From Octopus vulgaris (taxonomy: Eukaryota), in NCBI GenBank assembly GCA_951406725.2, contig OX597830.1:33232001-33296000 (forward strand): a DNA stretch of 64,000 nt, given 5' to 3'. This document shows positions 43,050-56,126 of this stretch, in pieces (positions within the stretch are counted from its first letter, which is position 1; every line of letters begins with the position of its first letter). Below the pieces are notes generated by a model. The model was not told where the DNA came from and ran no database searches. It worked only from the letters and a program-made list of their open reading frames with translations. Made by a program: the position numbers and the translations under genes.

Positions 43050-43943
43050 CTAGCAGTATCGCCCAGTGTTGCTCGGGTTTGTAAGGGAAATAACTATATA
43101 AGCATTTTTAGAGAGTTATAGCCAAAAAATAGCAAAAAATGGGAAAAAAAAATGATGGTAAATTTTTTTTTAAATCGTTGACTCATCGTAGACATTTTTA
43201 GAGAGTTACTTCCCTTATATAATAGCGAAAAATATGCATTAAAATGGGAAAAAATGATGGTAAATTTTTTAAATCGTAGACTCATCGTAGACGCACGCTA
43301 ATACCCAGAAGGGCTCGATATGAATCACGACTATAAGATACCCGGTTTTGGTTAAACTGCACCGCAAAATGTGGGAGTAGTTAGGATTCTAAATCATAGG
43401 AGACAGACACACAACTTTACTTTAATATATAAAGACTAGCAGTATCGCCCGGCGTTGCTCGGGTTTGTAAGGGAAATAACTATATAAGCATTTTTAGAGA
43501 GTTACTTCCCTTATAAATTCGGGCTTTCTTAGCCATTTTTATTTTGGTGTCTTCAAGCCATGAAGTCGTTGTTCTAAAAGAACGCTGGTTTCCTTCACAA
43601 CGCATTACGACGTTGATTTCTTTACACTCCCTTCCCCACAGCTTCACGAGGGAGGGAAGAAGGGGAGAAGCAAACAGGTGTAGCTGTGAGCGTGGACGCC
43701 AACTCCGCCGTCATCGACATACGATGCATTTTATGCATTAAAATGGAATAAAAAATGATGTTAAATTATTTTTAAAATCGTAGACTCATCGTTGACGCGC
43801 GCTAATAGTCAGACGGGCTCGATATGAATCACGACTATAAGATACCCGAATTTGGTTAAACTGCACCGCAAAATGTGGGAGGAGTTAGGAATCTAAATCG
43901 AAGGGGACAGACACTTACACAACTAGAGTTTTATATATATAGA
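43050..43943 (-). mobile_element. Head-to-tail dimer of non-autonomous Helitrons (units 43436-43943 and 43050-43435)
   Basis: On the minus strand each unit starts TC(T)... and ends with a hairpin (CCCGAGCAACGCCGGG) followed by ...CTGCTAG; junction CTAG|TC; inserted between A and T with no TSD. Confidence 0.85.
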
Positions 43944-43949
43944 TATATC

Positions 43950-44107
43950 ATGATCATCATCATCATCATCTTCGTTTTCCATGCAGGCATGGGTTGGACA
44001 GTTCGACTGGGAGTCTGGGAAGCCAAGAGGCTGCCAGATCAGACTGGCAGTGTTTCGACGGCTGGACGCCCTTCCTAACACCAACCACTCCGAGAGTGTA
44101 GTGGGTG
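43950..44107 (-). mobile_element. SINE family C, 3' part
   Basis: catcatc...cgttttccatgcaggcatgggttggacag...cccttcctaacaccaaccactccgagagtgtagtgggtg. Confidence 0.85.
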
Positions 44108-44670
<563 letters not shown>

Positions 44671-44927
44671 TATATATAATTAATATATTAACCAAAAATA
44701 CATATATGAGAGAAAAGCACACTCGAAAGAATAGAGCAGTAATTATTGCAACAAAAATGTCATGTCTTGGACATAGAGTTACCCAAGGTTTCTCATCCAC
44801 AAACCCAAAACCTTGTGGACAGCTCATCAGACTCTATATAAATGCACCTTTTAAAATATCTATGTCACAGACATGAGGAAATGCTCAGAACTCAAGGAAT
44901 ACATCCAAGATATAAAATTTTGTTGTA

Positions 44928-44958
<31 letters not shown>

Positions 44959-44960
44959 AA

Positions 44961-45230
44961 CAACTGCAGTGTGGAAGGTGATTATAAGCCATTTAAGAAA
45001 CACACAAAAACCGTTAGATTCACTTCAACATTTAAATTTGATTTGCCAAAATATTTTCATCGCTTTGAGACCGTGACCTGTTCACTGAAGCATGGAATTT
45101 TGTCAGTGAACAGGTCGTGGTCTCCAAGCAATGAAAATATTTTGACAAATTAAATTTAAATGTTGAAGTGAATCTAACGGTTTTTGTGTGTTTCTTAAAT
45201 GGCTTATAAACACCTTCTACACTGTAATTA
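44961..45230. repeat. Long palindrome (128-bp arms, 14-nt spacer), putative inverted PLE pseudo-LTR
   Basis: Arms 44961-45088 and 45103-45230 differ at 11 positions by manual alignment; the ORF track gives near-identical peptides on opposite strands. Confidence 0.92.
45099..45149 (+). ncRNA. Type I hammerhead-like motif with G3-C8 swapped core; mirror copy on the minus strand at 45042-45088
   Basis: TTTGTCA | GTGAACA | G | GTCGT-ggtctccaa-GCAAT | GAAA | ATAT | T T | TGACAAA. The mirror arm has GTCAC...GCGAT, giving consensus stem II GTCGC/GCGAT. Confidence 0.6.
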
Positions 45231-45285
45231 TTTTTGTTCCAGCACATGATCTCAGATCAGGTCACTTGCTATGCATCTCCGTAAG

Positions 45286-45356
<71 letters not shown>

Positions 45357-45374
45357 TGTATATATATATATGTA

Positions 45375-45800
<426 letters not shown>

Positions 45801-46211
45801 CTCAAAACGAAGGTGTTTGTGCATGTGTATAAGAGAGCATGTATGTGCGTGTGGAAGAGGGCTGGTGACCTTGAAGTGTGCATGCATGTTTGTGTAGGTG
45901 TGTAGATGGTGAGGGGCTGGGAAGTGGTCAGTGCTAGTGTGTGCATGGTGATTTGATGTGATGTGGTGTTGTGTGGTATGGTGGTGTATGGCATGATGGT
46001 GTTTTGTGTGGTGGTGTTGGGATGTTGGGGAGGCAGGAGTGGGGAAAGCAAGGGTGGGATGTGGGTTAGGTTGAGGTTGGGGGTATATATATATATTTGT
46101 TTTTTATATATTAATTATATAAATATATATTAAGTATGATATATATATTAATTATATATATATTTATATTTATATATATATATATTAATTATGAATATAT
46201 ATATATATATT

Positions 46212-46242
<31 letters not shown>

Positions 46243-47626
46243 ATGCAGGAACCTACACCAGACTTCTCTGTCTGTTTTGGCATGGTTTTTCCAGCTGGAT
46301 GCCCTTTCTGACACCAACCGCCCAGCAGAGTGTACTGTGTGTGAGTGTGTGTGTGTGTGTATGATTATTTTGACTGTTTTTGTGTTACAATGATTCCAGC
46401 ACCTCCCACAGTGTACCATTTATTTACAGTAAGAATGATTCTGTTCAGCAAACCCTTAAACACTATCAATAAACCTAGAACAGACAATGTCTCCTTCAAC
46501 ACCTAATATATGCGATAGATATTTTTCATGAAATAAATTCTTTCTGTTTTTTTTTTTCACAGGGTCCCCTTCCTACAAAATACACTGTACAATGATATAG
46601 GCTTAGTTTTGATATCAGAGATGAGATAAGTTAAATCTGTGATTAGGTTTTGTGAATGTAATCTCAAGTTACAGTGTAGTATAATTTTGAATCCTGGTTA
46701 TAAGGTTATGATAATATCTCTTATTGCATGAATGCCTGAACGTGTCAATATTTTGGTTTATCTCCCACATAATTCTCAAGTTTCTTGCCTATTCAATGAC
46801 TCATCTGTCATAGATTTCCCTTGCATTTTTTGTAAATATTCAATAGGAGAAAACTTCTATATATGAGATTATAAATAATTCCAGAAGTTTCTCAAACTGA
46901 CCAACCTTTTTCAGATTTCTTAAGTTTTTGCAAAGAGGCTCATTTACCATATGCTGACAATGCATTAGCCAAGAAAACAAGCTTGCAATTTTTGATTCGT
47001 CCTTACTCTCATTTTTGAAGAACAGCCAAAGTAAATATTCCTTGCATGACAACTGCTATAGAGGATATATTTATTGATAAAGCTACAACTGCATAAAAAA
47101 TATTAGTTTTTATTTCAGAGCTTGTAAAAACATCAGCGTTGTGCATTTGTTTACTGCTTGTGTAGATTAAGTACGCTGTGTACTAGAGCACTTCTCCTAA
47201 ATTTAGAACCATTGCTCTTAGATCTGGGCAATAAAACAGCCTTTACTTATCAACATTATAACCTATACTTGATTGTTGACATGTATTTCTGCTTGTAGTT
47301 TTTTTTTTCTACTGACTGTTTCAAATTTCTTTGCTTTTCTGATTTTCTCTTCCTGTTCAAACATATTCAATGCAAATGTAGCTTCTTTCATCCTCACTGC
47401 TGCTGCTGCTTCACACTACATAACTCAAAGTGAACCCTCCCTCAAACTACTACCTCTCAAAACTGTACAGTTTGAGACTTAATGCTCCACGTATATTTTC
47501 CTTTCTGGTTCAAAAGTGCAGTTGTTCAAAATGAATATTAACTCATTAAGTTATTTATAATTTGAACTTTATTTTTGCCCCTGAACATTAAGTCATCACT
47601 GAAGGCTTCATATTTCATGTAATATG

Positions 47627-47818
47627 TCATTAACATGTCAGAGTTTGTCATTGACAAATCAGTGTGACAGAGTCTGTCATTGCCAAGTCAGAGTGGCAGA
47701 TCTTCTATCATTAACAAGTCAGAGTGGCAGATCCTCTGTCATTGACAAGTCAGAGTGACGGAGCCACTGTCATTGACAAGCCAGAGTGGCAGAACCTCTG
47801 TCATTGACAAGTCAGAGA
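47627..47818 (+). repeat. Minisatellite, ~31-bp unit, about 6 copies
   Basis: Unit ctgtcattgacaagtcagagtggcagatcct repeated with variation. Confidence 0.85.
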
Positions 47819-48388
47819 AATTAGAATCTTTTCCATTTCAGATTGTTTACTAAGACTGAACAGGCTGAAAATACAACGGCTAATTAGCAAAACAGCTCAC
47901 CTCAAGGATTGGCCTTGTTATTTAGCCTGAGATTATCCTGTTACAGGATATGCATTCTTCACTCAAGGAAGAAATGAAAGAAGGAAGAAAGGAAGGTTTT
48001 AAAAATAAATTAAAGTGCCTCCTCTTAATTATTCTCAGACTAATTAAAAAGATCATTTTTAATACTTGCAATGAAGTAAATATAAAGTTTTCTAAAGTCT
48101 TTTAAGAGCAAATGATTAATTCCTGTTCCTTGATGTTACATAGATATCAGATAAATTGCTTCAAGAATCTAATCTGTCACAAGTAGTAATGCTCATATGA
48201 TCTTGTATCAATTTTCAACAATAGGTAATTTAAACCAATGTGAAATAAAAATATCTGCCTACAAAGATGTTAAAACATCTGCAGTGTATTGAAGTCATGA
48301 GGTATGAGCTGTTAACTTAATGCACAACCAGTTTGAGCAATTTGCTTCTCATATGTGAAGAATGGTTCTTATCATTGTTAAATCTTGG

Positions 48389-48605
48389 GAGGTGGTGAGT
48401 TGGCAGAACCATTATTAGCATGGTAGGCAAAATGCTTAACAGCATTTCATTTGTCTTTACATTCAGAGTTCAAATTCCACTGAGGTCATCTTGCCTTTAA
48501 TTTGTTCAGGGTTGATAAAATAAGTACCAGTTGATGACTGGGGTTGATGTAATTGACTTAAGCCTTCCCCTAAAATTGCTGGCCTTGTGTCAAAATTTGG
48601 AACCA
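48389..48605 (+). mobile_element. SINE family B
   Basis: ggtggtgagttggcagaacc...ggcaaaatgcttaac...cagagttcaaattccactgagg...taagtaccagttg...ggccttgtgtcaaaattt. Confidence 0.85.
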
Positions 48606-49395
48606 TTATTGTCAAATCTTGGTCATTACTGATTCACTGAAAATGGTGATCACTGTTAAAGCTTACTGTGTGTGAGGATGTGTGTGTGTGTGTGTGTTAT
48701 AATTTTGCTGACAGTGGCTTTGTTATTTCACTGGTGGGGATTTATTCAAACAGTGAAATCTGTATTGACAATAAGGTTTTGGTATATTTTCTGTTATTAT
48801 GGGAAGGACGAGATTGATTAAAGTGAAAAAGGCTACAGATGGAGACAGGTGATAGCATATATGCATGGCAGTGGTCAATATTCAGTTTGAGATGGAGGTA
48901 TGTGGGGTGTTAAAGAGGATGAGGTAATGGATAGTTGTACACTAGGAAGCATAGTTACAGGGTGGTGGGTGCTGGTACGAAATTCCAGAGATAGTTACTA
49001 ATTAGTGTGTAATAAATCAACATTTATAAGAAGTTCGGAAAGTAGGTGAAAAAAATAAAAAAAACAGACATGAAAATGTGCGATATCCCTTCATACACTT
49101 TTTCAAAACCTTGCCTCATCCATCAAAGTTGAGGGCCATCAAAAGAGAGTTCACTTCTTAAATATCATTTTCTGAATAAATATTTCTTTATGCATCCTCT
49201 ATAAAAAAAAAAAGAAACCTATATAAAGCTACAATACATGTATAAATAACTCAATCATCAAAACTGTTTTATAGATATCTTAAATAACATTTCCTTAAGG
49301 TTATTAGCACTATCTTCCAAAAGACAGATGTTTAACTAAAATCCAGCAAACTTCAAGAAAGATCAAGAAAAGTAAAATTTATGGCTAATGCAACT

Positions 49396-49783
49396 GGATG
49401 GGAGCACTCCGTCAGTTACGACGACGAGGGTTCCGGTTGATCCGAATCAACGGAACAGCCTGCTCGTGAAATTATCGTGTAAGTGGCTGAGCACTCCACA
49501 GACACATGTACCCTTAACGTAGTTCTTGGGGATATTCAGCGTGACACAGAGAGTGACAAGGCCGGCCCTTTAAAATACAGGTACAACAGAAACAGGAAGT
49601 AAGAGTGATAGAAAGTTGTGGTGAAAGAGTACAGCAGGGATCACCACCATCCCCTGTCGGAGCCTCGTGGAGCTTTAGGTGTTTTCACTTAATAAACACT
49701 CACAACGCCCGGTCTGGGAATCGAAACCGCGATCCTATGACCGCGAGTCAGCTGCCCTAACCACTGGGCCATTGCGCCTCCAC
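49396..49783 (-). mobile_element. Young full-length tRNA-derived SINE (family D) with a 12-bp TSD
   Basis: Head gtggaggcgcaaTGGCCCAGTGGttagggcagc...GGTTTCGATTCCcaga; identical TSD gctaatgcaact at 49384-95 and 49784-95; CpG-rich. Confidence 0.92.
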
Positions 49784-49824
49784 GCTAATGCAACTAGACC
49801 TCTAACCAAATATAAAAATGGTGG

Positions 49825-50125
49825 ACAATACATTGGCTGGTTTAATCCATCTCTCAAACTACAAATTTATAGCTAAATGCATTTTTAGATTCTGGTGCAA
49901 ACATTTTCCTGATCACAAATATAATAAAACAGAACAAACTGAACAAGTTGAACCCATGAATTTATCCACAGGTTTGCCTGATTTAACCCCTCGATATTTA
50001 ACCCCTCAATATGCCAGGCAAAACTCACCAAATTGTAGTTGTATAAATACAAATACATGTTTACCCTTAGTGAATTGTGAATGTAAAAAAATTGTCTGTT
50101 CTGCCACAGATAACACCTGTTTATG
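49825..50125 (+). pseudogene. Old Penelope-like element ORF relic (linker region upstream of GIY-YIG)
   Basis: YIGWFNPS / FIAKCIFRFWCKHFPDHKYNK ... NCSCINTNTCLPLVNCECKKIVCSAT resembles the PLE 'IIWFNPP...KHFP..H...CNC....CPL...C...VVY.AT' segment. Confidence 0.55.
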
Positions 50126-51348
50126 CTCTCACTCCAGCAGACATTTGACAGGTAATTCTTTAAAATAAGATAATATAATTAAATCAGAAAAATAGCAACT
50201 TCATTATAATTGCATATCTGAAACTTACTGTATTCCCACCTCGTTTATCAATTGATGCATGCAACAGTAACTTACTTTTTCAACTTTAAGAAGGGTGGGC
50301 ACCGAGTCATAGAGACTCTGCCAAAGTAGACAGAGAAGACCAATGGAGTTTTTATTAATAAATTATGGTATTAAATAAACATCTAACCATCACTTAACTA
50401 CAATAATTAACTACTACTAAATGAATATGGTTATGGGTTTGATTCGCATGTGGAATCAAATTCGCCAGTTATTTTCAACCTTTGTGTTGAGTTGACTGAT
50501 GCCATAAGACCAAAATTTGGCCAATTAAAATAATTGACCATATTTGTACTGACAATTGTGAATAATAAAACAAGAAGTGAGACATTTGATCATCATTAAG
50601 CTAATAATTGAATGTGATATTGGGAATATGATCAATACCAAACTCAACATTGTTGTTATTCCTTAACGTCCATTTTGCATGCTGATGTGGGTAGGCTGCT
50701 TTGATAAGGGTGGCCTGGGAGCAGTGTTGGTCTCAACTCTTTACTTTGGCCAATTTTCTATGACTGGGTGCCCTTCTTAATACTGGTCACTTTACAGAGT
50801 TCACTGGGTGCTTTTTTTCATGCCCTAAGTGCTAGTGGGGTCACCAAATAACATGCAAAACAAGATTCCTTCACAGAATGGGGATGCAGTATTGAGGGAG
50901 GTAGCTTTGTGCCAGATGGAACGAGAGAGATGGCATTAAATGGTTTTAATTCAGGTGTAAGGCTGTTAAGTCCTACTCGACCGGATAAGGTCCATATTAC
51001 ATTTGAGTACTACTGACATTGAGTATAAATAAGGTTTGGGAAACTTGCTGTGAATAAGGTATAGGACAGCTAAACATTACTAAAATGATGGCCATTTATA
51101 AATGCAGTCTGTATACAAATGAACATTATTAATTCAATGTTTATGCATGAAGTGACTGGTATGGCATAGAACAAGAAGTCTTTAAATAATATGTGAAATG
51201 TTAATTATTTGAACAATTTTTAAAACTAATGACTGTGAACAAGGTATTAGTTAATTAACTATTAAGCTGTAAGATATTAATAAATATATTAAAACCAATG
51301 ACAAAAATGATATCAAGACCAACTTCTTTCACCTATGAAATGGATGTT

Positions 51349-51672
51349 CTGGCATTCCATTGGTTATGATGATGTGGGTTCCAGTTGATCTGATCAATGG
51401 AACAGCCTGCTTGTGAAATTAATGTTCAAGTAGCTGAGTACTCCACAGACATGGGTGCCTTTAATGTAGATCTCAGGGAGATTCTGTGTGAAACAAAATG
51501 TGACAAGGCTGGCCTTTTGAAATAAGTACTGCTCATTTTTGTCAGCTGAGTAGACTGGAGTAGTGTGAAATAAAGTGTCTTGTTCAAGGATAAAATGTGC
51601 CACCAGAAACTGAACTCATGACCTTACGATTGGGAGCTGAATACCCAAACCACTAAGCCATGCAACTTCACA
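51349..51672 (-). mobile_element. SINE family D-related, degraded
   Basis: gggttccagttgatctgatcaatggaacagcctgcttgtgaaatt...ctgaactcatgacc...ccactaagccatgc; homologous to 49396-49783. Confidence 0.85.
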
Positions 51673-51914
51673 GTGAAAAAGGGTGTTAATGCTATATAGT
51701 CGACAGTACCATATTTTCTGGTATACCAGTCAAACTTTTCAGTCTAAAATTTAGAACCAAAGAAGGTAGATTGACTGTCACACCATGGTGACTTCAGGGA
51801 GCCAAGCATTCCATTTGAAATACTTCAGGATTTAGGAAAATAGTGATAATATTTGAATCTTTACAATAAATAATTACACTGCATATGATGTCGACTTGTA
51901 TACCTGAAAATTCA

Positions 51915-52103
51915 GTAACCATGTTGGACAGAATGTTTAGTGACATTTTTTTCTGGCTCTTTAAGTTCTGTGTTCAAATGTCTCCAAAGTCCATCATTGC
52001 ATTTTGGGGCTGACACAGTAAGTACCAGTTGAATACCAGGACCAATGCAATTGACTTCCGTGTCTCCTCAAAATTGCTGGTCTTGTGCCAAAATTAGGAA
52101 GAA
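51915..52103 (+). mobile_element. SINE family B, degraded
   Basis: gttctgtgttcaaatg...taagtaccagttg...aaaattgctggtcttgtgccaaaatt. Confidence 0.7.
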
Positions 52104-53197
52104 TTAATTAGTTAGCCAATTAATTAAACTAAAAGCTGCCAGGAAGAATGTAAAGATATCATTAAATGGTGTATGAAATGTTAATTATTTAGACAATTTT
52201 AAACTAATAACTGTGAAGAAAGTATTAATTAATTAACTACTATTAATCTATAACTTAGACACACAATATCTGTTAACCAATAGCAAACCATTGACTGAAA
52301 ATGCAGTGAAGAACAAAACTTATACCTATGAAACAGATGTTAATGTTGTATAGTTGACAATAACTTCACGAATAACAAGGTATTATGCATGGTGTATTAA
52401 TTAGTTAGCCATTACTAAACTAACAGCTGCCAGAAAGAAAAGGGAAGGAAGAAAATGCAAGTGACAACAATTAGTTAATCTACCTTACTGATGACCAAGC
52501 TTCTGACATTTGCATTTAATTAGATGATCATTGGTAAAGTAATAGCTGTAAATCAGATATATGATTTGAAAATTAATCAATTGCTCATTACTCAAACTAT
52601 AACGGTGAATCAAAATGCGCGATGTTAATTAGTTGACAGCATAAAACTAATGACAGTCGGTGTGCAAATATATAAAAACAGCCTGAGAGGTTGACAATAA
52701 CAATGTGAAAAGACTGACACCAAACATATTACGATTGCTTGACCATAGAATTTCTAATGAGTTGCGACAGTCTGCATCAATTTGTTTCATTATAAATAGC
52801 GCATGGTTCTAATAAGGATTCTTTGTTGCTTGTAACGGACAAGTTAGATGCTTAAGGAAGATACAATAATTCTCAATGGATCTAATCGAAGATAATACAT
52901 TTGCTGAAGATGTAGAGACACCAGGGTGGTTGGTTGGTTGGTGGAGAAAGACTGTTCGTAGAGTCACCACCATCACCACAAACACTGTCACCTCCATAAC
53001 AACAACAACAACAACAACAACATCATCAGCATCAAGAACAACAACAACATTCGCTAATACTAATTCTGCCATGACTGCTAATGTTGTTGCTGTTGTAACT
53101 GCTGCTGCTGCTGCTGCTGCTTCAACATGTTATGGATAATAATCAAGAAGTTAGTTGGAAATCAGGATTAGAGGAACATTATCTTTGGCTTCTTCAG

Positions 53198-53250
53198 TTC
53201 TGATGAAGTTTATGAGAAAACAGTGAAGAAGACTACAAGAGATTTCCAAG
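53198..53250 (+). other. Candidate 53-nt exon (SDEVYEKTVKKTTRDFQ)
   Basis: Acceptor tctttggcttcttcAG, donor AG|gtgaaa, at least one open frame. No homology recognised. Confidence 0.15.
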
Positions 53251-53617
53251 GTGAAAATTAACAAGTACTGCCAAATAATTTTCTCTACCATTGTAAAAGA
53301 AAAAAACAAAAACAAAAACACAAATAAACATCAACACCAAGGCAATTTTTGAAGAGGCTTGTTTTGCTCTCTGTTTAAAGTACATCAAGCCAATGACATG
53401 TCTGATAGTAGGAAGCCTGCTTCGGTTCAGCTTAATTCCAAATAGTGATGGAAGAACTTTAAGTTAATTAGACTCTACTGTATATTGGTTGAATTAGTGA
53501 AAGGAAAAAAAAAATAATAAAACAGAGGTGGGGTGGGGGGAGAAAGCACAAACTACTCACACACACACACACAGACATACAACTATGTATAAATCTGTTC
53601 TTGTAATTCTCACTCTT

Positions 53618-53670
<53 letters not shown>

Positions 53671-53692
53671 CTGTGTGTGTGTATATATATAT

Positions 53693-53742
<50 letters not shown>

Positions 53743-54317
53743 AATATATATACACACGTATATACACACACACACACACACACACATATGCATGTATTAA
53801 CGACATTGATTGATTAATAGATATAGATAAATCCACCTCTATCTTGTGTCTCTATGTTTGTAGGCACACACATATACATGAATGTATATATGTGAGCATA
53901 CATGCATGCACACACACACACATACACACACACACATACATACACACATACATATATATATATAACCAAAATATAACCAAAGATAGGTAGATAGATATAT
54001 AAAGGGATAGTAGTCATTGTTTTGTAATTTCCGATCAGAATAAATTCTGTGTAATCTAGTTAGTGCCATGTTTTGAAATCTAGAAGAGGAGAACATGTAA
54101 GTTACATCTGAGTTGTCGGCTCAAGGTGTTAGTAAGATTTAGATGAACTGCCATGGAAATCATGTTACAGACTTAATAACCAAAGTGTCATTTGTCCAAG
54201 TAATAGTAGCTCCAGTCAGGAATTCTCTAGAATAATAATTTCGTCTCAGAGATAGAACTGATAGAATAAATTTAAGAAATGAAAGATTTGTAAGCTTCTT
54301 TGTAAATGTGTGTGTGC

Positions 54318-54354
<37 letters not shown>

Positions 54355-55029
54355 TGTGTGTGTGATTTGTAAAAGTAGATGGAAAGCCGATACCTTGATA
54401 AGTATAATGATAGGAAAATGCATGGTGGGTTAAAGCAGAAAGAAGATTCCAGAGTAAGAAATCTGCAATCCAATTCCATTTCTCCATAAGATTCATTTCA
54501 AGTCATTTAAACACTACTGACATGTCTTTGAGAAGAGCATGATTGTCACTCACTCGCATAATCTCATCCTACATGTGCTTTATTTCTTCTGTAAAGAAAT
54601 AGCTGTCTTTAATGCGAAAGAAACATCCGATGATGAAGTACATGTGTGTACATGTGTATACATGCATTTGTAAATCTTAGTTTAACATTGGAGTAGTTTA
54701 AACAGAATTTAAATTACTCCACTGTATTTCTATCTGCAGCATCTGACAGTATTACTACAATGTTGGGAGGTACAAAATAATTGTCACAATTTGCAATAAT
54801 TTAATGAAAAGGAATATATTTTACAAAAGAAAAACAAAAAACAGAATGGAGGAAGAAAAAAAAAAAACATCAATGCAGAACCAAATGCCTCAGTTGGTCA
54901 CATGCCATATGGTTCCACAGAATATCCTGAAGTAAGCCAAAGCACTCATGGCATTACCATGAGTGATGGTGAGGCTAAGGTTTTGGAAAAATCAAGCACC
55001 TTTAAGGGCATCACCAGACACCTTGTTAA

Positions 55030-55250
55030 CCCTTTTGTTACTGTATTTATTTTGAGATGCTCTGTGTTTCTTTCAATTACTTTAAATATAACAAAGAATT
55101 TAGTAAAATAACTTAGTTATCATTCAGCTAATGTTAGGAACATAAATTGTGACTAAGGTTTGGTGGAAGATTTTAATTCAAAACTTATGAAAACAAGACA
55201 TTGGTACTACAGAGCCAGAGCCGGTTTCAGCCGGGTTGGTAACGAAAGGG
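55030..55250. mobile_element. piggyBac-type MITE
   Basis: TTAA|CCCTTTTGTTACT...GGTAACGAAAGGG|TTGA: CCC...GGG termini, 13-bp TIRs, TTAA-like target site. Confidence 0.8.
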
Positions 55251-55657
55251 TTGATGACAAGACCTTCACCGTTAACAGGCCAACCCCTCCAAACATCACA
55301 AATGCCACAGGCTGGAAGAGATCAGACAATTTGTGTAAGGGTGTCCTTTGTCAGCTATTCCATTATAACAGTTATATGAATTCAAGGGAAGTTTTGTTTC
55401 CATTAGTGTTAAAGTAGAGCAGCTATATCAGAGTTCTTCACAGTGGTGTTGAATAGTCTTAGCGCTTAATAATATAAACATGTGTGCAAGTGTTAGTTAT
55501 TGGTATTAGAGTAGCAATGGATATAGCATAGGTGTGCCACTGAAGCAGCATTGCACATGGATGGATGTCACTTAGAGGATTTTATCCTTGGAATCTATTT
55601 ATGAATACAAGTTTGCAGGTGTTTTCTGGGGGTGTCGTACTATTAGCATTGGAATAA

Positions 55658-55688
<31 letters not shown>

Positions 55689-55760
55689 GTATATGTATGT
55701 GTGTGTGTATGTGTATATATGTATGTACGTATGTATGTATGTATAGATAGATAGATAGAT

Positions 55761-55833
<73 letters not shown>

Positions 55834-55837
55834 TAAG

Positions 55838-56019
55838 GGTGGTGAGCCAGCAGAATCATTAGCATGCTGGACAAATTGCTTAGTGACATTTTGCCTATCT
55901 TTACGAGGTCAAATTTGCCTTTCATCTTTTTGAGGTTGATAAATTAAGTACCAGTGAAACACTGGGATTGGTGTATTTAGCTAGTCCCCTCCTCTAAAAT
56001 TTCAGACCCTGTGCCTTTA
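55838..56019 (+). mobile_element. SINE family B
   Basis: ggtggtgagccagcagaatcattagcatgctggacaaattgcttag...aattaagtaccagtg. Confidence 0.8.
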
Positions 56020-56095
56020 GTCTTCTGCTATAGCCCCGGGCCGACCAAAACCTTGTGAGTGGATTTGGTAGACGGAAACTGAAAGCAGCATGTTG

Positions 56096-56126
<31 letters not shown>

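Larger units (their letters stand above)
51180..52445 (+). repeat. Ancient tandem duplication of unique AT-rich sequence, interrupted by SINEs
   Basis: tgaaatgttaattattt..acaatttt..aactaat.actgtgaa at ~51194 and ~52173; cctatgaaa..gatgtt at ~51332 and ~52326; attagttagcca..taaactaa.agctgcca at ~52108 and ~52400. Confidence 0.7.

Noticed and set aside
47627-47818. CRISPR-like periodic repeat
   Set aside because: Contiguous tandem units with no unique spacers, no cas genes, and eukaryotic context.
49700-49783. Possible tRNA gene
   Set aside because: It is the tRNA-derived head of a SINE with body, tail and TSD; no proper cloverleaf end or Pol III terminator.
53199-53230. CTGATGA...GAAAA hammerhead-like string
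   Set aside because: No stem II or stem III pairing; chance match.
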